Positions 52,005 through 64,000 of a stretch of 64,000 nucleotides of DNA are shown one piece after another; within the stretch, counting starts at the first letter, position 1, and each line of letters starts with the position of its first letter. The position numbers and the translations under genes are program-made. Source of the DNA: Podarcis bocagei (Eukaryota); assembly GCA_964188305.1 (NCBI GenBank), contig OZ076888.1, one strand, 5' to 3'. Below the pieces are notes generated by a model, which was given only the letters and a program-made list of their open reading frames with translations, was not told the origin of the DNA and searched no databases.

Positions 52005-52947
52005 TATATTCTTTTATTGCACAAAGTGCTTTTTCCCCTAGGGCTCCTCAAGGCACCTTTCCTTTTTCAAATGTTAAAAGTGTGGCACTTGCTTTAACAG
52101 CTTCATGGTGAGTACTGGCACCTTTCTTTCTAAAAGGAGGGGGGAGGGAGCTCACTAATTGCACATATGCAGTATATGAACAATCTTGAATTTGGGAAAG
52201 ACAATATGGACACAAATGAATAAAGCCACAAGGCATACAAACCCATTGCCAACGACACGCATTGTCTGAAAGCTCACATTTTCTTTCTCGCCATGTCAAT
52301 TAATTCATTTAATAGGATTTCAAGTTTGCTGTGAATATCCAGGTTTTTAGTTGTAATCACAGAGAGTGAGTTCAATTCAGTCTTTGGTCTGCCACACAGG
52401 TGAGGCTGTTTATAACTTGATGTTTTCATTAACACTAAGAAACACCCCTGTAAAATCAGAAAGACATTTTCATCTTAACAATTCCTGATTGAATTGATCA
52501 AACTGGTAATGAAATCTTATCCTGTATGAATGAAAAACAGGAAGAGCAAGAGGAAAATATAGGCTTAATCAGTTCCATGTGCCCTAGGAGGTCTTTGGGT
52601 TTGTATGTCTTGGACAACAGTTCTCTAAGCCAATAGCAAACAACTTTTGAAATGGAGGGAACTTTCAAAAGCAGTTAATGATATTACACAGGGGTCTGTG
52701 GACTTGGGACTGAGCGAATCTATCTATTTCAGTTTCTTTCTCTGTTTTTGTCTTTATTTAGATTAGTTTCTTTTAGCTTGTGAAAAATATTTAATAAAAT
52801 CTTGGTTTGTTTTTATAAAAGAATCACTTCCCCAGTCTTAAGCTGTTCTCCAAATCTGAATCATTTCACATTAAAAATAAATAAATCTTTATGGAAATTC
52901 ACCAGCAATTTCATGCACATTTCCCCTAATGCAATGGAGTTCTGTAT

Positions 52948-53098
52948 GCTGGTATAGCTCAGTCAGTAGAGCATGAGACTCTCAATCTCAGGGTCATGGG
53001 TTTGAGCCCTAACTTGGGCAAAATAAATTTCTGCATTGTAAGGGTTTGGACTAGATGACCCTTGTGACCCCTTCCAGCTCTACAGTACTATGACTCTG
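52948..53098 (+). mobile_element. tRNA-Lys(CTT)-derived SINE with CR1 3' tail
   Basis: Head resembles tRNA-Lys-CTT (tagctcagtcagtagagcatgagactctcaatctcagggtc); tail ggactagatgacc...ccttccagctct is CR1-like. Confidence 0.85.
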
Positions 53099-53104
53099 TT
53101 ATTA

Positions 53105-53319
53105 TAGTGGTACCTCTGGTTAAGAACTTATTTCATTCTGGAGGTCAGTTCTTAACCTGAAACTGTTCTTAACCCGAGGTACCACTTTAGCTAATGGGGT
53201 CTCCCCCCGCCGCCGCACGATTTCTGTTCTGATCCTGAAGCAAAGTTCTTAACCCGAGGTACTATTTCTGGGTTAGCGGAGTTTGTAACCTGAAGCATCT
53301 GTAACCCGAGGTAGCACTG
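53105..53319 (+). mobile_element. Tigger-like MITE, family B
   Basis: TIRs with point changes; TA flanks. Confidence 0.88.
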
Positions 53320-53369
53320 TATTTTTTTTAGTAACGTATGCATTTTCATCAACACTTTTCAATAATATA

Positions 53370-53640
53370 CAGTGGTACCTTGGGTACCTCGGGTACCACT
53401 CGGGTACCTCAGGTTAAGTATTTAATTCGTTCCGGAAGTCCGTTCTTAACCTGAAACTGTTCTTAACCTGAAGCACCACTTTAGCTAATGGGGCCTCCCG
53501 CTGCCGCCGCACCGCCGGAGCACAATTTCTGTTCTGATCCTGAAGCAAAGATCTTAACCTGAAGCACTATTTCTGGGTTAGCGGAGTCGGTAACCTGAAG
53601 CGTATGTAACCTGAAGCGTATGTAACCCGAGGTACCACTC
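53370..53640 (+). mobile_element. Tigger-like MITE, family B, with reiterated left terminus
   Basis: GGTACC unit repeated four times at 53374-53408. Confidence 0.88.
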
Positions 53641-55072
53641 TATGCATTTTTGTCCACATTAATTGGTCAAAGAACTGCATTGCAAACTTTGCAGAAGTCT
53701 GGATTTCGAAGGACAGCTGAGTTTCAGTTTGCATATTGTTTCAGAAAGTGTAAATTAGGTAGTTTCACATTAAAATGGCAAGCCAGTCAAATTTCTCCCA
53801 ATCCCCACCTGTGATTCAAAAGGAGGGAGGAGTCATAGATCTCACTGGCCATGCCCAGTTCTTTTGTTGCAAGCATCCATTTGGATTTGGGAAATGCATT
53901 TCACACACACCCAGTATGAAATGTTCATCCAGCTTTTGCTCTAGCCGAGAAGGTCAGGAGCCTATTGTGATCTGGAGGCTGGGAGGAGAGCTGTGTTGGA
54001 GATTTTTATTTTATCTTGGGAACTGGCAGGGTGTAAAAGATGAAACATTAAGTGCACTGGATGCATTGGTTTTGTTGTCTCCAATTCAGCCTAATTATTA
54101 ATATGCTATGCGGACAGCAATGCTTTATTAATTGTATCAGTAGCTGGTGATCAATGTGACAAGTCAAGTAAAAGAGCACTGTTATTCATCAGAGTTGTCA
54201 ACAGATAATTGTCCTCATATGCATTTGAATAAGACAGAGGAAGAAGCAGAATGAATGTGCTCCTCTTATCACATTTAAGTTTAGCTCTGTAAGTGTCAAC
54301 ACAATTAAAGCTAGGAAGGGCACAAGGCAACACAGAAAGATTCATATTCTGCTATGTTCTGTAATATTCTGGAATGTACATTCCAAAGGGGTCTAAGCCC
54401 CTTCAACTAATCTATAATTCCTAGTGAGTCATACCACTGTTGAAACCCAGCACAAAAGGAAATACTCAACGAACAAGGAGAAAAATCTCCAGACATCTTG
54501 CTGCAATATGTATAATTTAAAGGCTACTTGGACAGAAACAGTAAAGTACTGCATGCAATTGACCATTAAACAATCTGCCATGACATTTTTTGAGCTTTCA
54601 CAAGCAAACAAACGAAAAGAAACCCACAGCAAAACATTTACACGATCCTCAACACAGTGACACAATAGCATGAATTCCAGGATTGTGCTGACGTATACTG
54701 GAAACCATGGGTGGGGGACCAGTGAACCCCTCCAGACATTTTTGGACTACAACTCCCATAATTCCTGACCATCGGCCATGCTGGATGGGGCTGGTGGCAA
54801 TTGGAGTCCCAGCAACATCTGGGGAATCACAGGTTCCCCATCCCTGCTGGAAACCAATGTAGAGATCCTTTACAGTGTCTCTGTGAGTTTCCATTCAAAA
54901 AAATGTCATGTCTTACACAAAGAGAACCACATGATGGAAGTAAGGTGGGATATAAATGTGGGTTATAAATGTACCCATTTAAAAACACCAACTCCTGAAA
55001 GTACATTGAAAAACAGAAGGTGGCCTAATATGAAGAGGAAGCAAAAATAAAACAGAAAAATAAATAAACATA

Positions 55073-55246
55073 CCATATTTTTCCATGTATAAGACTAGGT
55101 TTCACCCCCTAAAAAGTAATGTCAAAAATTAGGGGGCATCTTATACATGGCTACATCTCTCCCCCCCCCCCATTTTTTAAAATCTGAGTCCCCAAAAATA
55201 GAGGGCATCTTATACATAGGGGTGTCTTATAGACGGAAAAATACGG
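55073..55246. mobile_element. Tc1/mariner (Tc2/pogo-like) MITE
   Basis: TA|CCATATTTTTCCATGTATAAGAC...GTCTTATAGACGGAAAAATACGG|TA. Confidence 0.8.
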
Positions 55247-55289
55247 TATACATACATACACACATACATACATTATTTATATATACATA

Positions 55290-55643
55290 CAGTGGTGCCC
55301 CACAAGACGAATGCCTCGCAAGATGAAAAACTCGCTAGACGAAAGGGTTTTGCGGTTTTTGAGCTGCTTCGCAAGACGAATTTCCCTATGGGCTTGCTTC
55401 GCAAGACGAAAACATCTTGCGTTTTTTGCAAGTTTGTTTCCTTTTTCTTAACACCGTAAGTACAGTTGCGACTTGACTTCGAGGAGCAACTCATAGAACG
55501 CGGTGTGGTAGCCTTTTTTGAGGTTTTTGGTGATTTTTGAAGCTTTTCCAAAACTTTTCCGACACCGTGCTTCGCAAGACAAAAAATTCGCTAGACGAAA
55601 AAACTCATGGAACGAATTAATTTCGTCTTGCGAGGCACCACTG
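55290..55643. mobile_element. Tigger-like MITE, family A
   Basis: Same TIRs as 10353-10793, different interior; TA TSD. Confidence 0.88.
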
Positions 55644-55659
55644 TATAGAGAGAGAGAGA

Positions 55660-55760
55660 GGTTCTGGCACCTCTCAGGTGGTCATCATTGCCATTATAAG
55701 AGAAGAAGGGAGGTGTTCATGGTGAATTCCTGCACCTCTTTTTCTAGAAAAATAGCACTG
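55660..55760 (-). mobile_element. hAT-like MITE fragment
   Basis: Reverse complement of most of 61979-62114. Confidence 0.7.
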
Positions 55761-58700
55761 ATAATAGCTATAATTACTAAATAACGTGTACAATGGATTT
55801 TGGTTGATGACAGCCTTCCTTGGGGCATGTCAGACATGTTGCCTTGAAAGGGGAACTTTTGTGCCACCAGTGAAGGTTGTCACTGATGTGTTGAGCGTTT
55901 TACTTTTTCATTGGGGCTGTTAATGAAGGTATTCTTTCAGTGTGGTCTTGAGGGTTTGCTTCCTTTCATTTTTAGTGCTCTATTTTCAAGTGCAACCCAA
56001 CAGAATTAGGTGTGATTAAAACTTTTTAATTGGAGGGGAAGGTCTTACAGCGAGGGTGGATAGAGACAAAAATCTATTGGGGCTAGATGTGACCTGTGGG
56101 CTGGAGATTAGCCACCCCTGCCCTAGGTAAAGTCTATTGATCTCGATAGGTTTAATTCGTTGGATTCTGCTCATAACCTTGCTTCACACTCACAGGGAAA
56201 AATTAGCAGCTACTGTATTATTTACAAGCTATTTTACTGCATATTTTATTTCCCCTTATTTCTTATTCTGTGTGGATTTTCTCTATGGATTTAAAAAGAA
56301 AATTATCAAACAGATGTGCTTTAGAGATGTCATCCTCACGTGAAAAATTTCCAGGGCATAGACAAAGCGAAACGTGAGTTCTGGATTGTTAATTGATCGT
56401 GTTGCAAAGCAGTGAGATTTTATGAACAATCTCTGGGGGAATCTGTCGAATATACTTCAGTGTGCAATAAATTTACTAAACGATGAAAAGACCAATAGGC
56501 TAGGAAAGCTATTGGATGAAGTAGGATTTATTTATTTATTTATGTAAACTGTTTTGTGAGTTATGAAGTTCATGAGGCAAAATGGCCAGTTGAAGTATGC
56601 ACTGCTTTAAAATGAGGTGAATTAAATACGTTTTCCCCAGCATAAAATACCTAATTATACAAAAGGACTTTAATATAACCATAACAAGACAATGCACAAC
56701 AATATACACTTGTTAAAAAAGAAAATTCAGAAACACACTAAATACATCCACTTAGCAACCGCCACCAGGGACTATTTAGCCAAGGAGGTATTTCAGCAAT
56801 AAATCTAATAAACTACCATACAAAATATTCTGGAGAGGGAATTTTTGTATCACACCTCTCTGACCAGCCACTTATTTTTACTTACTTATTTATTAAATTC
56901 TCACCCAAACATCACAGGTTGGTTCGCAACATAAAAATACGAAATGAGAACACAACATATATAATCAAAAAACCAAACAAATTGCCCACAATAACATAAT
57001 GCAAGAAGGGGTCCCACATATCTGCAAACTTGTCTCTCCTGCATTCATCCCTCATTAGCCTACGTCTTTGTGTAAGTTTTTCAACCAGGGCAAGAGGCCA
57101 GATTTTGGACTACCATCCCTGAACTGCATTTAATACTTCCAGTGGTGGCCTATCTCTGGACAAGCAAGAGCTATTGAATGCAAACTTAGGTCTTTGTACA
57201 ATAAGCCATAGTGAAGCAATAAACATAGTAATTGGTTGCATTTTTTTTATTAGGACTGGATGTTAAAAAATTTTAAAAAAATATTCTTACTTTCATGACG
57301 GGGTTTTTGAATTAGTTGGCAGGTTCATTAGCTTGCCCTTCGCTAAAATTCACTAACCAGACTAAGGAATCACGACAATTCACTCTTTCCTCTGTGTATT
57401 TTGTTTTACGGAAGAAACTTGCTCTATAAACTTAAATGTTAGGGTCCCCCCTTCCCTGCAAGCAATATGCTTAGGATGTGTTCTGAGCAAAATGGTGAGT
57501 GAAGCAGAAGAAAGCTCTTTCTGTGACAGCTTATTTGTTCATAAATCTTTTTTCTATTAAGCAAAAGCAGAGAAATCCTCCGAACCATAATTATTTACCT
57601 TCTCCTGGAAATTGGGGAATCACAAAGTGTACTTTACACATCTTTGAGCCCCTGAAAAACATCAGAAGAAATTCAGAACAGGCCCAGGGGGCAAACTCCA
57701 AGAGGCAACGTTTAGAAAAATTTAAACCTCTGAACCTCACTCTGTGGGTATGTGTGTCTGTGTGTGTGTGGACCTTGCTTTTGAAGTCTGATCTGCTGTG
57801 GAAGGTCAAAGCCCTGAGAATCACAGCTATATTTTGCATTCGTTCCATTCCTCACAGGTCATAGTCACTTCACTTTGGAATACTATGCCTGACGATTACA
57901 GGGCTTGACAATATGTGACCTTCAAACCCAGCTTGGAAATACATACTTTTAATGGCATTTCCCATTGCTAGACAGGCATAACTCTGGTTGGCTGCTAGCT
58001 TATCTCTAGGAGAGAGTGCTTCAGTTAGAGTATCTATAATCTCAGGACTTACTTTTCGATCTATGAACTGAGCATCAGAATGTAAAAAAAAATTAGAGCC
58101 TCTTGTAGCTGCTTAATTCATCTACCTTTCCTCACAGGAAACATTTAATTTAGCAGAAATGTTTAGACTGTGGTGTGTGTTTTGTGCACGATGTAAATGC
58201 TTTAAAAAGGGAAGGGAAGAACCCCACACCCCAGTGTTTTTAATAAGATGTGTAGATCTGAAACTGCTGGGAAAATGGGTCTGATATCCAGATAGAAAAC
58301 AGCAGGACCACCAATAACTCTGCAGAGTACTGACGGGACATCACAGCATGATTTAAAAATCTATGGAGGCCAAGAACTATGATTTGACATGTGTCTCATT
58401 ACATATATCACAGAAAGAACCACTAGAGCTACTGTGACTGCTGGGGGAGGGGAAGCTATTAATTGTCCATTCCACACTGGTTTCCAGGTTCAAATAGAAT
58501 GTCTTTAACTACTTCTGTTCTTTATTGCTTGGTTCATTTCCCATGCAATAAATCTGACAGGAGAGTTGCTCAGCAAAGGTTTGGAAGAAGACATGGATGC
58601 TTTACAACAGGAACATTAAACTATATCTCATCTTCAAATTCAAGTACTAGTCTACAAGTGTTCGTGTCATAACCATTTTTTATTTTATTTTATTTTTTTA

Positions 58701-59198
58701 CTATTGGGACATGCAATTTGCATCTTAAATTTTTTCTCCTTAACCCATGGTTGGGGGATGAAATACAACCACATTATATCCTCCCCCCCCTCAGCCAATA
58801 CATTTTGCTTCTGTTGAAGGTGTGTGTGTGGTGGTGGGGAATCTGAATTGTTCCATAAATTAAAATGTTGGAAATATATTCTAAAAAGGGTGAAGATATA
58901 CTTTCCCCTCCCCTTTTTAGTAAAGAAGTGTTTCATCTAATACAAAGGTAAGGAACCTGTTAAGCCCAAGGGCTCCACTCCATCATGAGCAACCATCTGG
59001 GAGGGACGGCATGCCACTGGTGGGCGGGGCCAGAGACAAAAGAAGGTGGAACAACAGGTGTGACTCTTACCTTTGCACCAGAGGCTGCCTTCAGTTTATA
59101 TGTAGACATTTTTCCATCCAAGCAAGGAAAAGGCATTAGTAGAGCTCAAGAATACACAAAAACACCTGAGGAGTGCGTGGAGCAGGGTGTCTGAGAGG

Positions 59199-59686
59199 CA
59201 GTCCTTTTTTTTCTAAACAAAATGTTTAGGGTTACTCTCATTTTGACTCAAGAAAACCACCATTTTATAGTTCAAATTGGGGAAAACAATACAGTAAATG
59301 GACAAAAGTACAAAGAACACACATTACCTCATATTACACAGCTGACAGCTCACAGCAACTTCCACACATCCTCATTCCACACTGCTTCACACATTAAATG
59401 CTCGCTTCCGTCTGAGACTCAGGAAACACAGGGAAAGGAAATGAAGCCACCATCAGGGGTGGTAACAACGAAACTAGATTCCAACTCTTACTTCACACAT
59501 TAAACACCCGCTTCTGTCTGAGACTCAGGAAACACCGTGACAGGAAATGAGGCTGCCATTGGGAGTAGCAACGGAACTGACAATTCACCATGCTAGAGAA
59601 GAAACTAAAAAAGTTTCTTCTCCCGTTAGATTCATGAAATGTTTAGGGCTGCACATCCTCCTGTGTCCCCCCAGAAAAAAGCACTG
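59199..59686. mobile_element. hAT MITE nested in an older hAT-like element
   Basis: CAGTCCTTTTT...AAAAAGCACTG; perfect 8-bp TSD CTGAGAGG; internal ~106-bp tandem duplication. Confidence 0.88.
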
Positions 59687-60818
59687 CTGAGAGGTATGGC
59701 CTAAGCAGGGTCTGTTTTGGTGCAGAGTCGCAAGTGCCAGATAGAAAGATGTGGAGGGCCACATTCAGCTCCCAGGCCTGAGGTTTCTCTACCCCTAATC
59801 TAATATGAAGAGTAAACTAGTGTTAGAGTGGTGGACGTGGCAATAGAAAATCCAGACTCAGTCATGAAACTTACTAGGAAGCTGGTATAAGATGGCGCCC
59901 CCTCCCAGAGCCACATACAGAAGCCAGCCAGAATGGCTTCCTTCAGCGCTGGAAAGAGGACAGCATTCTCCACCACATCTGAAGCAACAGACTAGCTTAG
60001 GGGGCTCAGAAAAGGCTGTACATGGCACACACAGCATTGCCCCTATTTCCCATCAGTCAGCACCTGCCACCCGAGGCAGATGCCACAGTCTGCACAATAG
60101 TAGGGACAGAAAAACACTCTCTCTACAAAAAAAAGCACTACAGTCACTAGGAATAAAGCTTCGTTGGGCGTTCAAATAGTTTTCAAGTAGTTGCATTTTT
60201 CAATAGATGCTTCTGCTGGCTGAGGAAGGAAAGTGGGAATACTTTGACTATCTATGCTGTGTGTTTATCAAGTGTGAAGGGAACCCAAACCTCTTCCCAC
60301 AAGTTAATGTTTTTCAGGTTAATATAGATGCAATTGCTGGATGTGCTCTCATGTAAAAACATTTCCCCAATATGAATCTATCTACCACCCTGCATATGAA
60401 AAATGGCATTCCTCCTCCCATCAAAAAAGGGATAGATTCAATCTATTATCCTCAGGAGTCATTACGGAGCTAATACCTGTGATTGTGACATGTGAGTTCA
60501 TAAGGTTTGATAAACTCTTCTGAGATGCATCTCCTCTTGAAACATATTGCAGTTTGTGGAAAGATCTTATTATTCTCAAGGAGCACTTCAGGCTTCAGAG
60601 AAGTAATCCTATGTAGATAAAAGGCTGAGCCTCTCTTACCAATTATTTCAAGGGTTGACTGTCATTTGTTCCATAACCAGGAGACGGCAAGAATTCTAGT
60701 GATGTAGTTTATGATGTCACATTTGCTATAATCCTGCCTCTGAAACAAATCACTATAAAAGGGAATGAAAACATGACTGAAAATGTCAATTTATTAGCAA
60801 TATGCTATGTACATGATA

Positions 60819-61175
60819 GGGACGCGGGTGGCGCTGTGGGTTAAACCACAGAGCCTAGGGCTTGCCGATCGGAAGGTCAGCGGTTCGAATCCCCGCAACG
60901 GGGTGAGCTCCCGCTGCTCGGTCCCTGCTCCTGCCAACCTAGCAGTTCGAAAGCACGTCAAAGTGCAAGTAGATAAATAGGTACCGCTCTGGCGGGAAGG
61001 TAAACGGCGGTTCTGTGCACTGCTCTGGTTCGCCAGAAGCAACTTAGTCATGCTGGCCACATGACCCGGAAGCTGTATGCCGGCTCCCTCGGCCAATAAA
61101 GTGAGATGAGCGCTGCAACCCCAGAGCCGGTTACGACTGGACCTAATGGTCAGGGGTCCCTTTACCTTTACCTTT
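60819..61175 (+). mobile_element. Sauria SINE, full length, young
   Basis: GGGACGCGGGTGGCGCTGTGG head; B-box GGTTCGAATCC; (ACCTTT)n tail; ACATGATA TSD core. Confidence 0.95.
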
Positions 61176-61548
61176 ATACACATGATATTTCAGAATATTT
61201 ATTTATGTTTATTTTTAAAAAATCTGTCCTGTGTATTTCTCCAAAGAGAATCTAAGCGACTAACAAACTGTAAGAAAAACAGAATGAAATAAACAAAAAT
61301 ATCTAAACACCTCCATTCATTCAGATTAATAAATTAACAATATCTGACCCATTGAAGAAATCCCAGCAGCAGAAATACAGTTAACCAAATATCTTTTCAC
61401 TATTTATTTCTTAAAACTGAAGAAGAAGATGATGTAAACAACCTATGTTCTTCATTCAGTCACAGTCACTGTCGCAGTCATGTTTGGTTTTTTTTTTAAT
61501 CCATTGATTGATTTGTACATCTTACCTACTTTTTGCAGTTGTTATCTC

Positions 61549-61551
<3 letters not shown>

Positions 61552-61612
<61 letters not shown>

Positions 61613-61876
61613 GTGTCTTCGGGTGTCTTCCCGTGTAAGAGTTGGGGTGTCTAGGCGACGTTTCGACGAGGTCTCACTCGTCATCTTCAGGCTGGTGCTT
61701 TCGGCTTCTTGTTACTAGAACAGAGGTCTGTTCTAGTAACAAGAAGCCGAAAGCACCAGCCTGAAGATGACGAGTGAGACCTCGTCGAAACGTCGCCTAG
61801 ACACCCCAACTCTTACACGGGAAGACACCCGAAGACACCAAAACCTACATTCCTGTACCCGTGAAAATCTACGAAA

Positions 61877-61936
<60 letters not shown>
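61552..61936. mobile_element. Penelope-like element inverted remnant within (TA)n
   Basis: 117-bp arms 61608-61724 / 61727-61843, a 35-bp extension, and (TA)n on both sides. Confidence 0.8.
61756..61800 (+). ncRNA. Minimal type I hammerhead ribozyme motif (PLE-type); mirror copy on the minus strand at ~61651-61695
   Basis: CTGAAGA-T-GACGAG-tgagac-CTCGTC-GAAACGTC: both core boxes, 6-bp stem II, palindromic ACGT stem III and GUC triplet; helix I is weak. Confidence 0.65.
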
Positions 61937-61939
<3 letters not shown>

Positions 61940-61978
61940 TGGTTTTCGACAATGGTCTGCAGCAGAATAGCAATGGTA

Positions 61979-62114
61979 CAGTGCTATTTTTCTAGAAAAA
62001 GAGGTGCCAGAACTCATGATAAACACCTCCCTTATTCTCTTAAAATGGCAATGACAGCTACCTGAGAGGTGCCATAACTGAGTTCCTGTGAGTTTCCCCT
62101 GAAAAACAGTCCTG
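61979..62114 (+). mobile_element. hAT-like MITE
   Basis: CAGTGCTATTTTTC...GAAAAACAGTCCTG TIRs. Confidence 0.7.
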
Positions 62115-62397
62115 GGTAGGTACCACAACAGAAATGGTCCCACCCCCTCACTTTCTGAGGATGAGGGATTTGGAGCAGATGACAATCAGAGTTTGCAGTG
62201 GGGAACATATGGAAGAAGGGGACCCATTCTAAAAATATAGGCTGAACAACATTGTTTCTTGATTCACATTTGTGCAAATATTAGGAACAATTGACTACTA
62301 CAGAATCAGCCTTCTGCCCTTCAGTTGTATCTGGACTACAACTCCCATCAGCCCAACTAGCCCAGTCATTGGTAAGGGGTGATGGACATTGTAGTCA

Positions 62398-62555
62398 CAG
62401 AATCATAAAACTGTAGATTGTTGAAAGGGACCACAAAGGTTCAGCCGTATGCGATGCAGGAATATCAGCTAGAACATCCATGACAGATGGCCACCCAATC
62501 TCTGCTTAAAAACCTTAAAAGCCTCCAAGGAAGGAGAGTCCACAACCTCCTGAGG
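62398..62555 (-). mobile_element. CR1 LINE 3' fragment
   Basis: cagaatcat...gaaagggacc...tccaaggaaggagagtccacaacctcc is typical reverse-strand CR1 3' sequence. Confidence 0.65.
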
Positions 62556-62619
62556 GACACCACTGCAAGGTACCAGGTTGGGGAAGCCTGGTATAAAATG
62601 TGTTTGCTGCAACCAGGCA

Positions 62620-64000
62620 ATCTGCAACACTCACTTTTCAGAATTGTCCTCTTTGGTCACTGTAGAACATGAGTACACATAGAGTTGTTTGCAGAACTTT
62701 CCCGAGGTTCATTGCTACAGAAAGAGAGATGCAAAGGTTCTTAAGGAACTTGTTAACAAGCTTGTTTGGACAACAGAAGGGAAACAGATCACAAGGCTGT
62801 ATACAGCAATCATTTTAAGTTGGCCAGAGTCACTCCACTTACTTCTTAGGGAGTTTGCGTAATGGATACATGTCTGAACTCTCAAGTGGAATTTCTTAAC
62901 AGAACTCTGTTGACAGGCTGTGAAAAATATGAAACTGAACTTCCATTAAGCACTTAACTTCAAAGGAGAACAGAAATGTTGCTAAAGCTTTCACACAAAG
63001 CAGAATGTATTTTATCTATTCCTGAAAGGTGTGGACATTGTTGTAAGTCACTGAAGGACTGTGATCCGATATTTGTTGAGAGTAAAAGATGTCAAGCTTT
63101 ATGCCTCCTGGGTGTCTTTGCCATCAACATACCCACCAGCGTAACTCACCGTACTGAAGGCTTCTCGCTTATCGTCTTAGAAGCGTGAATTAGAAGCAGG
63201 CTGAAGATGAGTCTACTCAGCAGCCCCAAAACTGGAAAGGCATGAAGGACAGTGATTCTTAGAAGACAGATTCTGACACTCAAAGAAAGAGTCCATTTAT
63301 TTCATTTAAGTTTTAATCTTGCAGCTGTTCAAAGGAGTAAAGTAGATCGTCCCCCAGGATAACCTGAACAAACTGCACAGTCAAGAAAAGTACTTGGCCC
63401 CTTTGTACCAGAGTTTCTTGTAGAATGATGGCAAATTTCTTACCAAGGCTGCAATTCAGTGCCCTCTTACCTGGGAGAAGAAATGAACAAAGGTGTCGGT
63501 TTCGGTTTCTCATTTTTCTCAGTTCGCCCCATTGACTCACCAGTTTGAGATTTTGTTTCTTTCGTCCTCTCCCTTTAGATCTTATTTTAAATTTCAAATA
63601 TATGCATAACAGCGAATTTTTTGTTCTTTATATATATAAAACAAAAAGAAAGTAGTACCAAAGCATTACAATTAATATGTTTCAAGCAAAAAAATATGGT
63701 CCATCTGATAGTTCATTCTTCCCCCTGAGTCCCATTAGGGAAAAGTCGGGGTATATCTAAAGAAATAATACTAATACTAATACTTTTTTTTTAAGTACAA
63801 GTTGTAACCTAGAAAGACAGTTATGTACATTTATTATCTTAAAGTGTTGTTACTTATCCAGTAAAAATTAACCATTTACTCATCTAATTTTGTACAAGCA
63901 ACAACCAATTTGCACACGTTCAAAGCATGCGTGACCATACATGTGCTCAACGGCACAAACACAAAAGTGGCTGGGAAAGGGGGCGTAATGGGGGTAGGGT
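62620..64000 (-). other. Possible 3' UTR of a minus-strand gene
   Basis: TE-free and U-rich on the minus strand; AATAAA next to TGTACATA (63822-63835); second AATAAA near 63296. Confidence 0.35.

Noticed and set aside
52948-53020. tRNA-Lys gene
   Set aside because: Mutated stems and anticodon, and fused to a CR1 tail; it is a SINE head.
61733-62185. 150-aa ORF with YI repeats
   Set aside because: Artefact of the (TA)n tract and the palindrome.
63313-63597. Terminal coding exon
   Set aside because: Peptide not recognised; insufficient support to call a CDS or name a gene.

Overview
This window is non-coding vertebrate genomic DNA. The repeat content (Sauria SINEs, BovB, a tRNA-Lys/CR1 SINE, L2 fragments with microsatellite tails, Tigger-like and hAT MITEs) points to a squamate, probably a lacertid lizard; the organism is inferred. 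I cannot support any host protein-coding exon: every recognisable ORF is a LINE reverse-transcriptase remnant (BovB, RTE, L2). TE-poor blocks look like conserved non-coding elements, and the last ~1.4 kb may be the 3' UTR of a minus-strand gene. Four structures stand out. (1) A CpG-rich ~730-bp LTR-like element at 42288-43018, flanked by a 7-bp direct repeat, containing a ~320-nt six-hairpin fold closed by a long-range stem. (2) A 236-bp Penelope-type palindrome inside (TA)n, with a minimal hammerhead-ribozyme motif on each strand. (3) A TGT...ACA MITE with 98-bp TIRs and a 5-bp TSD. (4) An ancient ~375-bp degenerate palindrome. Family names come from recalled sequence features, not database searches.
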